A stretch of 64,000 nucleotides of DNA from Felis catus (GCF_018350175.1 NC_058368.1:187736001-187800000); one strand, 5' to 3'. Positions 23,100 through 36,632 are shown, numbered from the stretch's first letter. Notes: generated by a model from the letters alone, not told the origin. A program made the numbers and translations.

Positions 23100-26000
23100 T
23101 AGGTAAGAGTGTTATGTAAATGTTGCTGTGGCAGGCTAGCTGTGTAGCTTCAGTGCTGCTGTGCCTGGCCACCAGCTTCGCAGTTACAATCAACTCCCTC
23201 TTTGCTAAGTGTCAGAAGCCCCAGGGTCCCGTCCTCATTCTTGTCTATTCTCTGAGCACTCACTTCCCTGATGAGCTTGCCCAGTCCAAGTCTTTAAGTG
23301 TCATCTATATGCTGATGACTCCAGCTGTTCTCTCCGTCTCAGACCTCCTCTATGGACTTATGTCCAACTGACTACCACCTCACGTCTTATGCCATCTCAA
23401 ATTTAACATGGTTAAAACCCCCTGTTCTTCAACCCTCAACAAAGTCTCCTCCTCCCCTGAACTTCTCCATCTCAGTTGATAAGAAACCCACCAGGAGCCA
23501 ACATCTATCCCAAACCTGTGATGTCCTAAATGTTTTACATGAATTATCTGCTCAATTCTCTCAACCAATCGGTTAGGTAGTATCCTCATAATATCCTCAC
23601 CATGTAGATGAGGAAACTGAGCCTCAGAAATGTCACACTCAAGTGGTAATTAGAGACCATAGCCTGGCTTCAGGTCCTGCCCTCATGTCGTCGTCTTCTT
23701 CGTCGTCTTCGTCTTTGTCTTTGTCTTCGTCTTCTTTTCTCTTGCCCTCATGTCCTCTAAATACAGCAATTGGTTTGGATGCAGCCTCCAGAACCAACTA
23801 ATTCTTGTGTCGAGTGTTTGACACATGGCATCTGGAACTTCCAAGGGAGCTGTTATTATCCCTATTTACAGAAAAGAAAGTCTAAGCCCTGAAAGGTTAG
23901 ATGACTTGTTCAAGGTCACACAGCTTGTTGCTGATGACACTTGGATTTGAACTCAGTTCTCTCTGACCTGAAGTGGTACTTAACACCACTATGGATCCTG
24001 CCAGATCCCTGATGAAAAGCAGAATATCGGTCTTTGGTTCTAATGTCAGAATTATGACCCACGCATTCATCAATTAATTCATTCAATATACATTTACTGA
24101 GCACCAGTCTATGTGTTAAGGAGCAGAGATGCACAGCAAGAGAAAACAGTCCCCACCCCAATAAATGAAGCTCGGCCTCATAGCTCATTCCCCTTTCCCC
24201 CATGCACCCCCCCTAATTTTAGCCTCACTTCCTTTCCTATCCAGCCCATTGATGCATCACTTTCTCTGCCAGGACCCTCAGTGTTCATTGGTTGGCTTCC
24301 CAGGCCCCATCCTTGGACCAAAAAACCCCTGTATTTTCACCTCCCATCTCCAGGATTGCTGATTACAATCAGAAGAAAAGGTACAGTGCAGGGAAGGGAG
24401 AGTGACACCACTACAAGTTTATGGTCCTCCCTCAGCCGGGTATTGAACACTCACTAGTCTTTCCCCTCATCACTGGATGGTTATCAACTCTTATCAAGTC
24501 TCCTACATCATCCCCACCACCCAAGTCTACCTCAGTCCCAGCCATCACTTTAATGACCATATACTAATCCACATTATGGATATATCACAACTTAGTCAAC
24601 CAGTCCTTATTGTTGGACCATTAGGTTAGATAAGAAAAAGTACATACATGAATAAGAAACACCACAATGTGGAGAACACAAAAACAAAAGCATTATTCAA
24701 GACCATGAATTAACATGAAGAGTATTATTTGAGGCAAGTGGGGTGGGGCTAAAGTTCTGGTAGATGTTCATGGGTCATAAACCAGTACAGGACAGTGACC
24801 TCAGAGATGGTCCCTGGAGATTAGATGGGAAGTCCTAGACAACCTTTGGTCTTCAGGACAGCCTCTTCACTGGAGACAGTATTCACCAAACAGGGCAAAC
24901 CCTTGTTTTCTGTCTCTGCTCTGTGTCTCTGACTGTTCCACTCAATTTTGAGCTGATGGAATATCTGACTGTTGTAGACACAGTCCTTGATGTTGCAAAT
25001 AAAGAAACCTACTTGAACTAGACTAGGCCAAAAGAAGGGACCTATTAGGTTAAACCATACCCAATTGCTAATATTTGATCTTCTTGACCCTTAAAAACAA
25101 CAGTTTTTTGTGTGTGGTTCAACCTAATATAAGGATGTGGGGCCAACTTGGAGAGCCCACAGGGTAGAAATAGAGTTGGACAGCATGAGGAACTGGAAAG
25201 CGTCAGAACCAGTCTCTCCATTATCATATGCAGCTTCTTTCCCTGTGTCTACTTGATTCTCCCCTCTTGTCCTTTCTCTGCCCTGCCAGTGCTCACAGAG
25301 AAAAGGGCTTTCAGAGCAACCAACAGAAGCTAACTCAGGAGAGACATTGTGATTGGTCTATCATGAGTCAGGTGTCTGCCCATGGTCTGATCATCTGTGG
25401 TCACAGAGGCCACGGTCTTTACTGCAAGCAATGGAAACAGGTATGAGCAGAAATGAAATTTATTGAAGGGATATGGATTAGGTCACAGAATTTTCAGGCT
25501 TGGTAAACAAGCGGGGACAGAAGAGGATAAACAGCTAGAAGAACCACAGCCTCAAATACATCACAGAAGTGGTTTTGTTGGGATCTTGCTCCCTGTACCA
25601 CCAAAAGATGGACTGGACAGTTTGCACCCCTATCAACTGTGATACAGCTCACTGGCATTGCAGCCACCATTCCCTTGGGCAGTGGGTATGCCCCCCGCCA
25701 AGCCTTCCCCTACCCCCACCAGAATGGATTCTCTTGTCCCTGCTTCTTTACATCACAAGCTGCAGAGGAAATGTACCTGTGGGAATGTCTGATTGGTTGA
25801 GCTCAAGTCAGGAACAGGTACCTCATTGCCACTGGTGATAAGACCATGGGGTATCTGGCCTTTGCAGCTTTGTACTGGGAAGTGGCCTTGACCCCATCTT
25901 CCACCAGAACCCATGCAGTGGGGAGTTCTCTAAACATAGAGGAGGGTGCAGACACTCCATCCCACCAAAGGGACAACTTCTCAGGTGGAGAGTGACAGTT

Positions 26001-26372
26001 TTTGAAAAAGGGACTGTGGAATGGGTAGTTGCCTAGATAGTGTCCACAACAGTGACCTCTCCCCCAAGGTCCTGCCTGGCTCATGTGCTGTGCCCTCCAT
26101 GAAGCTTTTCTCTCCTCCCAGTCCAGTTCACCTAGGTCTCGCTCTCTTCCACTTAAAACCTGCAGAGGAGGGCACGGGATTAAATTATTACCCTTGCTTT
26201 TCCGTCTGAGATTGAAACAGCTGGAGGGCAAGAAGTCTGCCTTATGCTTTTCTGTGACCTGTACAGCAGCTGACTCAGGGCAGACATGTAGTAGGGACTT
26301 TACAAGTACTTGTTAATTGACTCAGGCGTTGATCAGGACTCTTCCTGACGTAGGTAACAGACACTGATTCTT

Positions 26373-26490
26373 GGGGCACCTGGCTGGCTCAGTTGGTAGA
26401 GGACACAATTCTTGATCTCAGGGTTGTGAGTTCTAGCCCCATGTTGGGTGTAGAGATTGCTTAAAAATAAAATCTGTAAAAAAAAAAAAA
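26373..26490 (+). mobile_element. Short (old-type) Can-SINE
   Basis: ggggcacctggctggctcagttggtagag head; TSD ctgattctt. Confidence 0.85.
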
Positions 26491-28282
26491 TGCTGATTCT
26501 TAGTGGTAAACAAACAAAAAAGTAACTTCTTGGGAGAGTATGGGGTAGCTCATAGAAAGGATGGAAAAGCTAAACCACCAGCCCTCAAGATCACACTTAA
26601 CACCAGGGAGCAAGAAGGAAAGACCAGTGAACCACCTTCAACCATCATCCATCCTTACAGCACACCACTCAAGACTCAAATTCCGAGCTTAGCCAACTAT
26701 TGGCTTCGTCACCTGGGCAGGTCACTTAATTTCTGCACTTGGGTTTCCACAGTGGCAGAATGGGGCCAGCAATTAAACCCACTTCATAGGGCCACGGGAG
26801 GATTGGATAACTCCATACATACAGGCACTCAGAAAGCAGACCAGCACCTGCTCTTACAGAGAAAGGAGAATGCATGTTCTTACAAGAACTACAAGTCCTC
26901 TCCATGATTCCTTAGGACTGGAGAAGAAGATTGTTCACTCCCACATCTACCAGTTTAATCCTGACTGGGGCTGTAGCCAGGAAGGAGGAGGAAAAAGCGT
27001 AGGAGGTAGATCCAACAACATTCAAACAACCTCACCTCCACACTTACCGCCAAGCACCCCATGACCCTCCAAAAGTATTGCCTCGGGCCAAAGTCAGGTG
27101 CCAAAAGGTCTTCATCCAGTTCCCTATGCAATTATTCATCTTCCCCTCTCCTGCCTCTGGCTAACTGTGATTAATTCTTGTGGTGGTCACAGGAATCACT
27201 CCTAATGAATTTCTAATGAACTCATTTGGTGTTAATGCGGTGTGTAATTCCACAGGACACTCATTATAATTTAGCCTTATTAAATCTCTAGTTATTGGGA
27301 ACTACTATTCCTCTAAGCTCATAAGTAGGAGAAAAGTAATTATCCGGAGCAGACAGTTAAATTCGGGGATGGATTGGACATTCAGAGAAGGGCGAGAAGT
27401 GGCTACTCATTTTTTTTTTTTTTTCTCCTTGGGGTGTACTTCTCTGCAGAGAGGAACCAGCTGTGCAGGTCTTTGAGCTGAGGCAAGAGTGCCCTCCCTG
27501 ATTTTATATCCCATAATTTTCAGAGCTGTGCAGGCTGCAGTCTGCTTAGTGGGATTTTTAAGGCCCACCCAAAGGTGGCCCTGCAGCCAAATTGTCCACT
27601 CGCCTATTGCTTAGGTCCGAATTTGCACCACAGGGATGGATTCCTTTGTCTTGGAGGCACTGTTGCACCTTGGAAGGTGACCTGTGCCACACCTCAGAGT
27701 TCACAATGTGGTTACTGATAAGCTATCTTATCTGATCATCATAGCATCCCAGTTACTATCATTAAACTTCTTTGACAGATAAGGAGATTGAAGTTCATAG
27801 AGGTGAAGAGACTTGCCCAAGGTCACTGGGCGCCAGAATGGAAATGGAACTCACATCTCCAGACCCCCAAGTGAGTTCTCCCTCCAGCTCACCTCCCATT
27901 TACTGCCTGGTATGCTTCTCATGTGCACATGGCTCGTATTTCACTCCTAGGTCAGCCATCCCTTGAGGATGAAGCTATTTCTATGACCCTCTTTACCTCT
28001 TTGACTGCCTTTGGTTCAGAGGGTGGGCTCCAAGGCTTTCTTGGTAAGGGCAGGGCAGGCCTCCTGAAGGCACCGAGAACATTCTCTCATGAACAAGTTG
28101 CTTCTCCCTGAAATTTTCTCTTAATTCCCAGTTTCTTACAACCACCTTTATACTTCTAGCTAAAACGTAAATTAAACTTTTCTTAAAGTCTGAAATCATT
28201 TTCTCAGGATGATAAAAGTAACCAATGCTTTTTGCATAAAATTCAGAAAAATGCAGAAAAGTCTAAAGAACATTAAGGGTCA

Positions 28283-28815
28283 GGGCGCCTGGGTGGCTCA
28301 GTCGGTTAAGTGTCCAACTTCAGCTTGGGTCACGATCTCGTGGTTCATGACTTCAAGCCCCATGTCAGGCTCAGTGCTGACAGCTTGGAGCCTGGAACCT
28401 GCTTTGGATTCTGTGTCTCCCTCTCTGCTCCTTCCCCACTCAAGCTCTGTCTGTCTGTCTCTCTCTCTCAAAAATAAATAAACAAAAATTAAAAAAATTT
28501 TTTTTTTAATGGCATGCCTGGGTGACTCAGTCAGTTAAGCGTCAGACATCAGCTCAAGTCATGATCTCGCGGTTCATGGGTTCAAGCCCCACATGGGGCT
28601 CTCTGCTGACAGCTCAGAGCCTGGAGCCTGCTTTAGATTCTGTGTCTCCTTTTCTCTCTGCCCCTCCCCCATTTGCACTCTGTCACTCTCTCTTTCTTTC
28701 TCTCTCTCTCTCTCTCTCTCAAAAATAAATATTTTAAACATAAAAAAAGCTTATACAATGCTAAAAAAAATTAAAAAGAACAAAGTTTGTTTTAAAACAA
28801 ATAAAATACAATAAT
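28283..28815 (+). mobile_element. Two tandem Can-SINEs under one outer TSD
   Basis: Heads at ~28283 and ~28511; TSD aaagaacat(t)aagggtca at 28265-28282 and 28816-28832. Confidence 0.85.
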
Positions 28816-28977
28816 AAAGAACATAAGGGTCATCTGTAACCCTATCACTCAGATATAGCTATTGTTTAATAGTTGGTATATATATCCTTTGAGAACTTAT
28901 GATATGCACATATAAATATACATACAAACATTTTATTCACAGTGTGATTCTACTATATGTGCTACTTTGGAAATTGC

Positions 28978-29095
28978 TTTTTTTTTTTTAAGATTTTATT
29001 TTTAAGTAATCTCTACACACCCACCATGGGGCCTGAACTCACAGCCCTGAGATCAAGAGTCACATGCTACACTGACTGAGCCAGCCAGACTCCCC
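28978..29095 (-). mobile_element. Short Can-SINE
   Basis: Reverse head actgagccagccag; TSD ggaaattgcttttt. Confidence 0.85.
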
Positions 29096-30852
29096 TGGAA
29101 ATTGCTTTTTATTAAACTTAGCAACATGAAATTTCTGAAAGATGAATTTACATTGTCAAATAATAAAATCTAACCTAACAAGAATACTCTCGGTAACTAC
29201 TCTGGGTTATGAGAAGATACAAAAGAAGGAGAATTTAGAGAATAAATCCCAAATAACCTCATCCACAAGCCAGAAAGCAAAGGTACTTATTGCTACCTAT
29301 CTTCCACAACATCTCCATTATCAATGTGCCTTATCAAGCTCTAAGTGCAAAGTCACATGGTACCAGGCACCCTGGGAGTTTAAAGGTAAACCCAGGGGCC
29401 TGATATGGCCCTTGCCCAGCTCCCCAAGCTCATTTTCTGTTATGCCCTCACTCTCTGCTGTAAACTCATCATCACTGGACACACACCACCCACCAACACA
29501 CAGACACACACTCACTATGTGCTCTTTTACACCTCCTTGCGTTTACACATACTATTCTCTCTACCTGGAATACCCAGTGGTGTAATTAGTGACAGCTCAC
29601 TTTTGTGCAATAACCAATTCAATTGTTTGCCTAGGAGGTAAACAAAGAGAGCTCCTTGGAGGGCGAAGCAGGTTTTGTGCAAATGTGGAAGGAAGTGCTG
29701 GGCGGGTGGGGGGAAGGTTTTCTTCCCCTCTGAAGTGGAAACAAACTCATCCCGGCCTTCCCTGGTGCTGTATTTAGTTCAGCTCCCATGACCATGGGGC
29801 TGCTGTGCACAGTCAAGCCACCTGAAACAGACTTCCTGATTCCTGGGCCGTGTTCTGGTCTGCAAGTCCCTGTTTCCTAACTCTCTCCAGAACTTTCTGT
29901 CAGTCCTGGGTGAGGTGCTGTTGGCCTCTGCCATTGGTTTCTCAGCTTGCTCCCAGCCAAGTAGACCCTTGGAGCTGTGGGTATGTTCACTATGGCTATT
30001 CAGATGTGGGAAGGAATGGGTAAATTCATGTTGACATCGATGTGACCCATATGTGTGTCTGTGTGCCTATGTGTGCAAAAATGCATACTGCCCAGGTGCA
30101 TTCACATCTGTGATACTGCAGTGGAAATCGCATGCATGTGTGAGAAAGTATATGTATGTACATATATACATATATCCCTATGTCTGTGTGTAGGAGGATG
30201 CATGCTTTCCCTGTGTATAGGTATGTATGCATACAAAGCACAGAGCACATGTGCTCAGCTGTGGTTCTCTGTGAATGGCTTGGACCTGTTTGTATACTGG
30301 CATGTGGGAGTGTTTATTTACCGAAGGGAAGGGAGATGTTGGTTGGATGCGGTAGACTACAAGTGGAAAACAAACAAAGCAAGTAAAAACCCTCAAACAA
30401 TAAATAAAGTTATTATCTTACATAACAGGAGTTCCAGACGTGGGGAGGAAGGGCTCTCAAGATGACTGATTGCATCGATCAAAATATCTTTAAGAACCTG
30501 TTCTTTCCACCTCTCCACTATGCTTGATTCTATATCCTTCTGGTCACAGAGTGACTGCAATATTTCCAAATCACACACTCAGACATGAAGAATCCGGTAA
30601 CAGATAAATGCATCTTTGCTTTTGGGGTGACTTTCCTAAGAAGGAGGAAGTTGTCCCCAGAAGCCCCAATCCTACTCCCCCCACCATGCCTCATTGGCTC
30701 GAACTTGGTTACATGGTCAAAGCTAAACCAATCTCTGTTAAGAGAACTGAGACCAGCGGGGTGCCTGGGTGGCACAGTCCAGCCTGGCACACCTGTGTGA
30801 TCATTTGGAAAGCAAGCCTTGAACCTCCTTTGTCTTTAAAACAAGCTATCTC

Positions 30853-31074
30853 GGGGCGCCTGGGTGGCGCAGTCGGTTAAGCGTCCGACTTCAGCCAGGT
30901 CACGATCTCGCGGTCCGGGAGTTCGAGCCCCGCGTCGGGCTCTGGGCTGATGGCTCGGAGCCTGGAGCCTGTTTCTGATTCTGTGTCTCCCTCTCTCTCT
31001 GCCCCTCCCCCGTTCATGCTCTGTTTCTCTCTGTCCCAAAAATAAATAAACGTTGAAAAAAAAAATTTTAAAAA
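30853..31074 (+). mobile_element. Young CpG-rich felid SINE
   Basis: ggggcgcctgggtggcgcagtcggttaagcgtccgac with CpGs retained; A tail. Confidence 0.95.
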
Positions 31075-31216
31075 AAGAGAACTGAGACCACCAATTCCAC
31101 TTAAACTAATTAGGCCCCCTCCTGGAACTAAGGATGGAATTAGCTTTTCAAAGCCCAAGGCTGCTCAGAGGAATGGCAGTCATTTGACAGAGTTTTGTCA
31201 GGAAGACAAATGTGTG

Positions 31217-31505
31217 GGCACCTGGCTGGATGAGTGGGTAAAGCATAGGACACTTCATCTTGAGGTCATTACTTAAAAAAATAAAAACAGGGGCTCCTGG
31301 GTGGCTCAGTTGGGTTAAGCATCTGACTCTTGATTTCGGCTCAGGTCATGATCTCATGTTTCATGAGTTCGAGCCCCACATCAGGCTTTGTGCTGACAGT
31401 GAGGAACCTGCTTGAGACTCTCTCTCTCTCTTTCTCTCTCTGCCCCTCCCCCACTCTTTCTCTCTCTCAAAAAAAAAAAAATAAACATGAAAAAAAACAG
31501 TGTTA
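31217..31505 (+). mobile_element. Short SINE fragment plus full Can-SINE
   Basis: Two heads (~31217 and ~31290); outer TSD aggaagacaaatg. Confidence 0.8.
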
Positions 31506-31648
31506 AAAAGGAAGACAAATGGGAATGGATGTCGGGTAGACAGTCAATAGTGTCTAGTACAAAGATGTGTGTATGTATAGGAGCATGTCTGTAAGTGTAC
31601 ATGAGTCTGTGTGTATATAAACATAAGTAAGTATACAATATGTATGGG

Positions 31649-32214
31649 TGTTTCAATTGCCTATTGTTGCATAACAAACCATTCCAAAACATAGTGGCTT
31701 AAAACAACAAAGTTTTATCAGTTCCCATGATTCTGTGGGTCAGGAATTTGGGCAAGGTGTGCCAGGGTGGTCATCTCCACATGGCATCTTAGGTGGTCAC
31801 TCACAAAGCTATATTCCATGAGTAGCTGGGCTGAGCTGGAAGGTCTAAGGCTTCCCTTACACGTCTGACACAGTGTTCCTCTGCACGGTTCCTCTCTCTC
31901 CTTACATGACTAGTTTGGGCTTCCTCACAGCATAGTGGCCTCAGGAAGGGTGAATTTCTTAAATGGCAGCTGACTTCCAACAAGGTAGAAGCAAAAACTG
32001 CCAGTCATTTTGTTTTATTTTGTTTTGGGCTTTTTTTTTTTTTTTTTTTTTGCCAGTCCTCTTAAAACCTGGATTTAGAACTCTCAGAATGTTACTTCTA
32101 CCACAAGTATTCAAGAGGAGGGAAATAGAATTTGCCTTTTGATAGGTGGGAAAGGATGCACAGGCAGAAGAGAAAAGAATCAATGGCAGCCATCTTTGGA
32201 AATGATCTACAACA
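31649..32214. mobile_element. MLT1-type (MaLR) solo LTR
   Basis: tgcataacaaaccattccaaaacatagtggcttaaaacaac, gggtcaggaatttgggcaagg and ggcagccatctttggaa motifs. Confidence 0.75.
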
Positions 32215-34045
32215 GTAGGAATATGTATTGAACATGAAGATAGGCGTGTGTGAGTGTGTGCATTTTTGTTTGTATGTGTGTATTAAGTCATGTGGGTAGA
32301 TGTATGTAAGTGTACGTGTGCCAGTTAACACATGCATGCCTGTTTATGTGCATATATGTACATGCAGATGGGTATTTGTGGAGGGATGTGCGTGTACACA
32401 TAAGGAGAGATGCACATGTGTATAGGGGCGACTGTCCACCTGAGCTAGGGGCTTGCGCCAGTAAGGAAAGCTGGTGGAGTTGACCTGTCCTAGCTGTGGC
32501 CTTCCTGGGTAGATATGCTGAGACTGCCAGTCTTGGCCAAGGTAACAATCTAATCATTACTAGGATTTTGTCCTTGACTAGTAGGCTGTGGGTCCCAAGC
32601 CAGGCATAAGACTCAGCCTTTATCATAACCTCACTAAAACCACACTGATAGCAGTGGAGAAGGACCCTCTACAATTTTTTTTTTTAATTATTCCCTGAGG
32701 TTCTGGGGTTTTCTACCTAGGGAACTACTGGCTCCATGATCCCCACCCCATCCCAGCCCTGCCCTTGGAGCTGTAAACCTCATGACAGGATTTCAGAGAC
32801 AGTAGTAAGCCCAAGTTTCAAGGCTGCTCACAGGGTGGCGCTGAACCCTTGGCTTCTCTTTCACAGCACGTTTCCCAGTAAAGAAACTATGATGGGATGG
32901 CAGGACAGGAAGCAAGAGGACTTGGAGGCTTGGGACTCTCTCTCACCCTCTCTGCCCCTCCCCAGCTCACATACTCTCTCTCTCTACCTCTCTCTTTCGA
33001 AAATAAATAAACTTAAAAAAAAAAAAAAAAAGAGGCTGGCACTTTTGCAGCCTGAGTTCAGAGAGGTTAGGGAACACACCCACAGTGATTCAGCTCTCAA
33101 ATCATAGAGTCAGGATTTGATCCTAGACTTAACACTGTGTTTCACGGCCTCGACTTCCACCTCAGAAAGTCACATGGCCTGTGACTGTGCAGTGAGGGGC
33201 TTGAAAAGGAACTGGTTGGGGTAGGGCATGTGGGGACGCGGGCCCCTCTCCACGGACCATGTTCGGTTCCACTTCTTGCAGGAAAGCCTGAATCCCCAGC
33301 AATCTTCCCTATTTTGGGGGCTGGTTTTGTGTTTCAGGCTAGGCACCCTGGCGTCTGGCTGTAGGGCTTACCACAGAACAGGGTGTGCAGCGGGTTTGCT
33401 GACAGAGACGAGGCAGAGGAGCTTAGGTGAAGGGTGGGGGAAGCTGGGTAAAGACAGAGAGAGAGGCCCCAGCAGGCAGGACAGAGCCAAGGCGGGCTAA
33501 CAGCCCCACACACTGCTCCCTTCTCCCCGCCCCAAGCCTCTGGCTGCCACAGATGCCGTGACCTGGAGCGCCCTCTGGTGGTGCACTCTGCAGCCTGGCC
33601 TGTGAAGGCCCATGGGGGTCTGGGTCCAGGGAAGAGGGGCTGCCCCTTTTGTCCACACTCATCTCTGGGGGGCTGGCTGGCCTGCCACTATACCGGGGAG
33701 TGTCCTTCCTCGGAGGAAAGCCAGCTCAATAATAGTAACAACGAGGCACTCACAGAAAGAGTCACAAAGGGACTGCTGGAAGGAGGAAAGGGACTCTTGA
33801 AGCCATGACTGGCCCATCAGAGTTACAGGAAAGGTGTAACAAACCCCGCACGTGGCCTCCCCACTGTGACCTGGGACAGCATAGCATTTGCACCAACAAC
33901 GTCTTGGCACCTTCACAGGGCTGCGGGGGTCAGCATCTGTTGCCCTATCACCAGCGGCTGGGCCAGCCTCAGCCTGTGAGCCTCCCTGAGGCAGAGGACA
34001 AAGCCTGCAATGAGACGGAGCCATAGGGTAGAAAGGGGTTCTTGC

Positions 34046-34287
34046 GGGGCACCTGGGTGGCTCAGTCAGTTAAGCATCTGACTTTGGCTCAGGTCATGAT
34101 CTCATGGTTGGTGAGTTCGAGCCCCATGTTGGGCTCTGTGCTAACAAAACAGCTCAGAGCCTGGAGCCTGCTTCAGATTCTGTATCTCTCTGTCTCTCTT
34201 CCCATCCCCTGCTCATGCTCTGCCTCTCTCTGTCTCTCAAAAATTAATAAATGTTAAAAAAATTAATAAAAAAAAATTTTTTAAAAA
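34046..34287 (+). mobile_element. Can-SINE
   Basis: Typical head, body and A tail; aaagggg-containing TSD. Confidence 0.9.
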
Positions 34288-35359
34288 GGGGCTCTTTAGA
34301 TCATCTTATCATTCATTCCCTTGTCTATTCTAAATCTTCTTGATCCCCTACTATGTGCAGACACACAGGTCCTGAGGATACGGAAATTAACAATAGGCAA
34401 GGTCCCTGACTTCCGGGAATAGAGATCGCAGGCCAGGAGAATCAAACAACAAAGGAACAAGGTCAAAAGTGCTGGGAACACCACACAAGGGCGTGATGTG
34501 CCAGTGTCTAAGGAGGTCCTTTTCAGACTAGTGGACAGGGAAGGCCTGGTAAGAATTTTTGGTGTAGAGACTTTAATGCTTAGGACACAGGACTGTGAAT
34601 AGCAAGCAGAGAAACTTCTGGCAAAAGTTCAGCTTGTACCAAAGCTGGGGTGGGGGGTGATCTCAGTATATTGCAGGAATAGAAGGAAAGACAGGGTGGG
34701 GTGAAAGAAAGAGCAAGAAGGGCTGAGGTCAGAGAGAGGGCAGGGACCACACAGGCTCCAAGGCTGTGCCAGAGACTTGATTTGATCCTGAGGGCTGAGG
34801 CTGTCATTGGAGGGCTTTGACCCTGAGGACGGTGTGATCCGATTTGCATTTTTAATAGGTCGTGCCTTTTGTCTTGTGGAGAATAAAGGATAGAGAGAAT
34901 GAGGGTGAAAGCAAGGAGGCCAGCTAGGAAGTGACTCCAGGTCTCCAGATATAGAGATGGTTGCTGAAATGGGGCAGGGAAGAGTCATGTTCTGATGAAT
35001 CTTAGGGGGCACAATGGATAGTAGATGGTGGGAAGGACCTGCTGGTGGATTGTCTGGGAGAGGCTGGGAGAGCCGAGACTAGGCTGGGTGCCTTCCCTCC
35101 CACTCCACATCTTCTAGCCTGGGTATGGGCCCTACTGAGTCATCTCCCTCAGCTCACTTCCAGGAGGGGTGAAGGACCTTAGACTCCACTGCCAGAGACC
35201 CCCAGGCCTGGATCTTGTGTGGGTGTGTTCAGACACTAGGGACCTGGGGACCCGAGGTGCTTTCAGCATTCTATAGCTCTCTCTCCCTCCTCTGCAGTCT
35301 CTCATTCTCCTCCCTGGGTCCCTCCCTTTGCCCCCCCCTCCTCTCTCTCTGTCCCTCCC

Positions 35360-35372
35360 TCTCTCTCTCTCT

Positions 35373-35423
<51 letters not shown>

Positions 35424-35428
35424 ACATA
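35360..35428. repeat. Compound (CT)n(CA)n microsatellite
   Basis: Visible dinucleotide runs. Confidence 0.95.
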
Positions 35429-35617
35429 CACGCAGTTTACTGCAGCCTTATCAGAAGGAAGCCTCCAGCAGAAACAAGGAGTCTCCAGGGACACAGCAAG
35501 AGGCGCTGACTGTGGAGTTTTCCAAGGAGGGGGAGGCAGGCTGTGCTGCCTTCCACATTCCTTCCTCCGGTCCCTGCTGCTTCCACAGTACCCTCCTGGC
35601 TCTTGCAGCAAGAGAAG

Positions 35618-35820
35618 CTGTGGTTCCCAGCTAGAGGCGATTTTGTCTTGGGGCATTTGGCAGTCCCTGGAAGCATTTTTCGTTGTCACAAGTGGGGAGG
35701 GAGGGAGACAGGCATCTAGCGGGTAGAGGCCGCTGAACCTCCTACAAGGCACGTGACAGCCCCCACCATAAAGAATGGTCTGGCCCCAGATGTCAACAGT
35801 GCTGAGGGTGAAAGAAACTG
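35618..35820. mobile_element. MER20
   Basis: ggcatttggcagtccctggaagcatttttcgttgtcacaa...ggcatctag...tgtcaacagtgctgagg. Confidence 0.8.
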
Positions 35821-36630
35821 CCCTAGGCTCACTGCCATCAAAAATGGAAGAGACTGTCCTCTTCCCTGGTCCTGCTGTCATCACGCTGCCATGGATCAGG
35901 TGGTGGCCATGTGGCCGTGCTGTGGCTTCCTTTTCTCCCTTAGTCCTCTCAGCCACACAGTGAGGTAGGTAGTAGTATTTGCCCAAGGTCACTCAGTCAG
36001 TGAGAGGCCTGGTATTCAGATGCTAAAGCCTGAGGTTTCACTGCCCCCTCCCTCAAGAACACATTTCACAGGGAGAGTCACTGTGGTTAGCAATGGGACA
36101 CTCTGTTTCAAGTGAAGTCTTACTGGGAAGTCTAAAGTGTAAGAGGTAAAGTAAGACTGCCTAGGTTGAGGCAGCCTGGGAGATTATCAAAGCCCCCACA
36201 CCCTCACCCCTGCACTTCCACCCTTCAAGGCCCATACCCTTGAACCTCTAAGGCCATCTCTCTACTCTGGGCCACCGCAGAGGGCTGCACGGGTTGTGCT
36301 CTGCAAAATGGGGGACACCGTTCCTGTGAGCTACCTTGTGAGGCTGGTAGGGTTAAGGCAAAGCTACGTTTAGGGCAGGGGTGGCAAATAGGTTTCATTT
36401 CGAGTGTGAACATGCATTGCTTGTTAGACAAGGTGCCATGAATAAGTAATGAGGTCAGGAGCTTCGGGAAGGAGGTGTGAGGTAGCTGTGAATGCTGAGT
36501 ATCTGCCTTCCCTGTTCTAAGACATAGGAAATAGGAAATTGAACTTTACTAGGAAATATCTTGCCCCTCTCCTTGCAACTCAGTGGTGAATCCAAAATGG
36601 AGCTGTCAACCCTATATTGAAAACACACAT

Positions 36631-36632
<2 letters not shown>

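Noticed and set aside
30040-32425. Long degenerate TG/TA-rich tracts that yield Cys/Val/His-rich ORFs
   Set aside because: Decayed dinucleotide low-complexity sequence, not coding.
35132-35992. 286-aa ORF on the minus strand (longest in the track)
   Set aside because: It runs through MER20 and a (CA)/(CT) microsatellite, giving CVCVCV/ERER low-complexity peptide; no domain or splice support.
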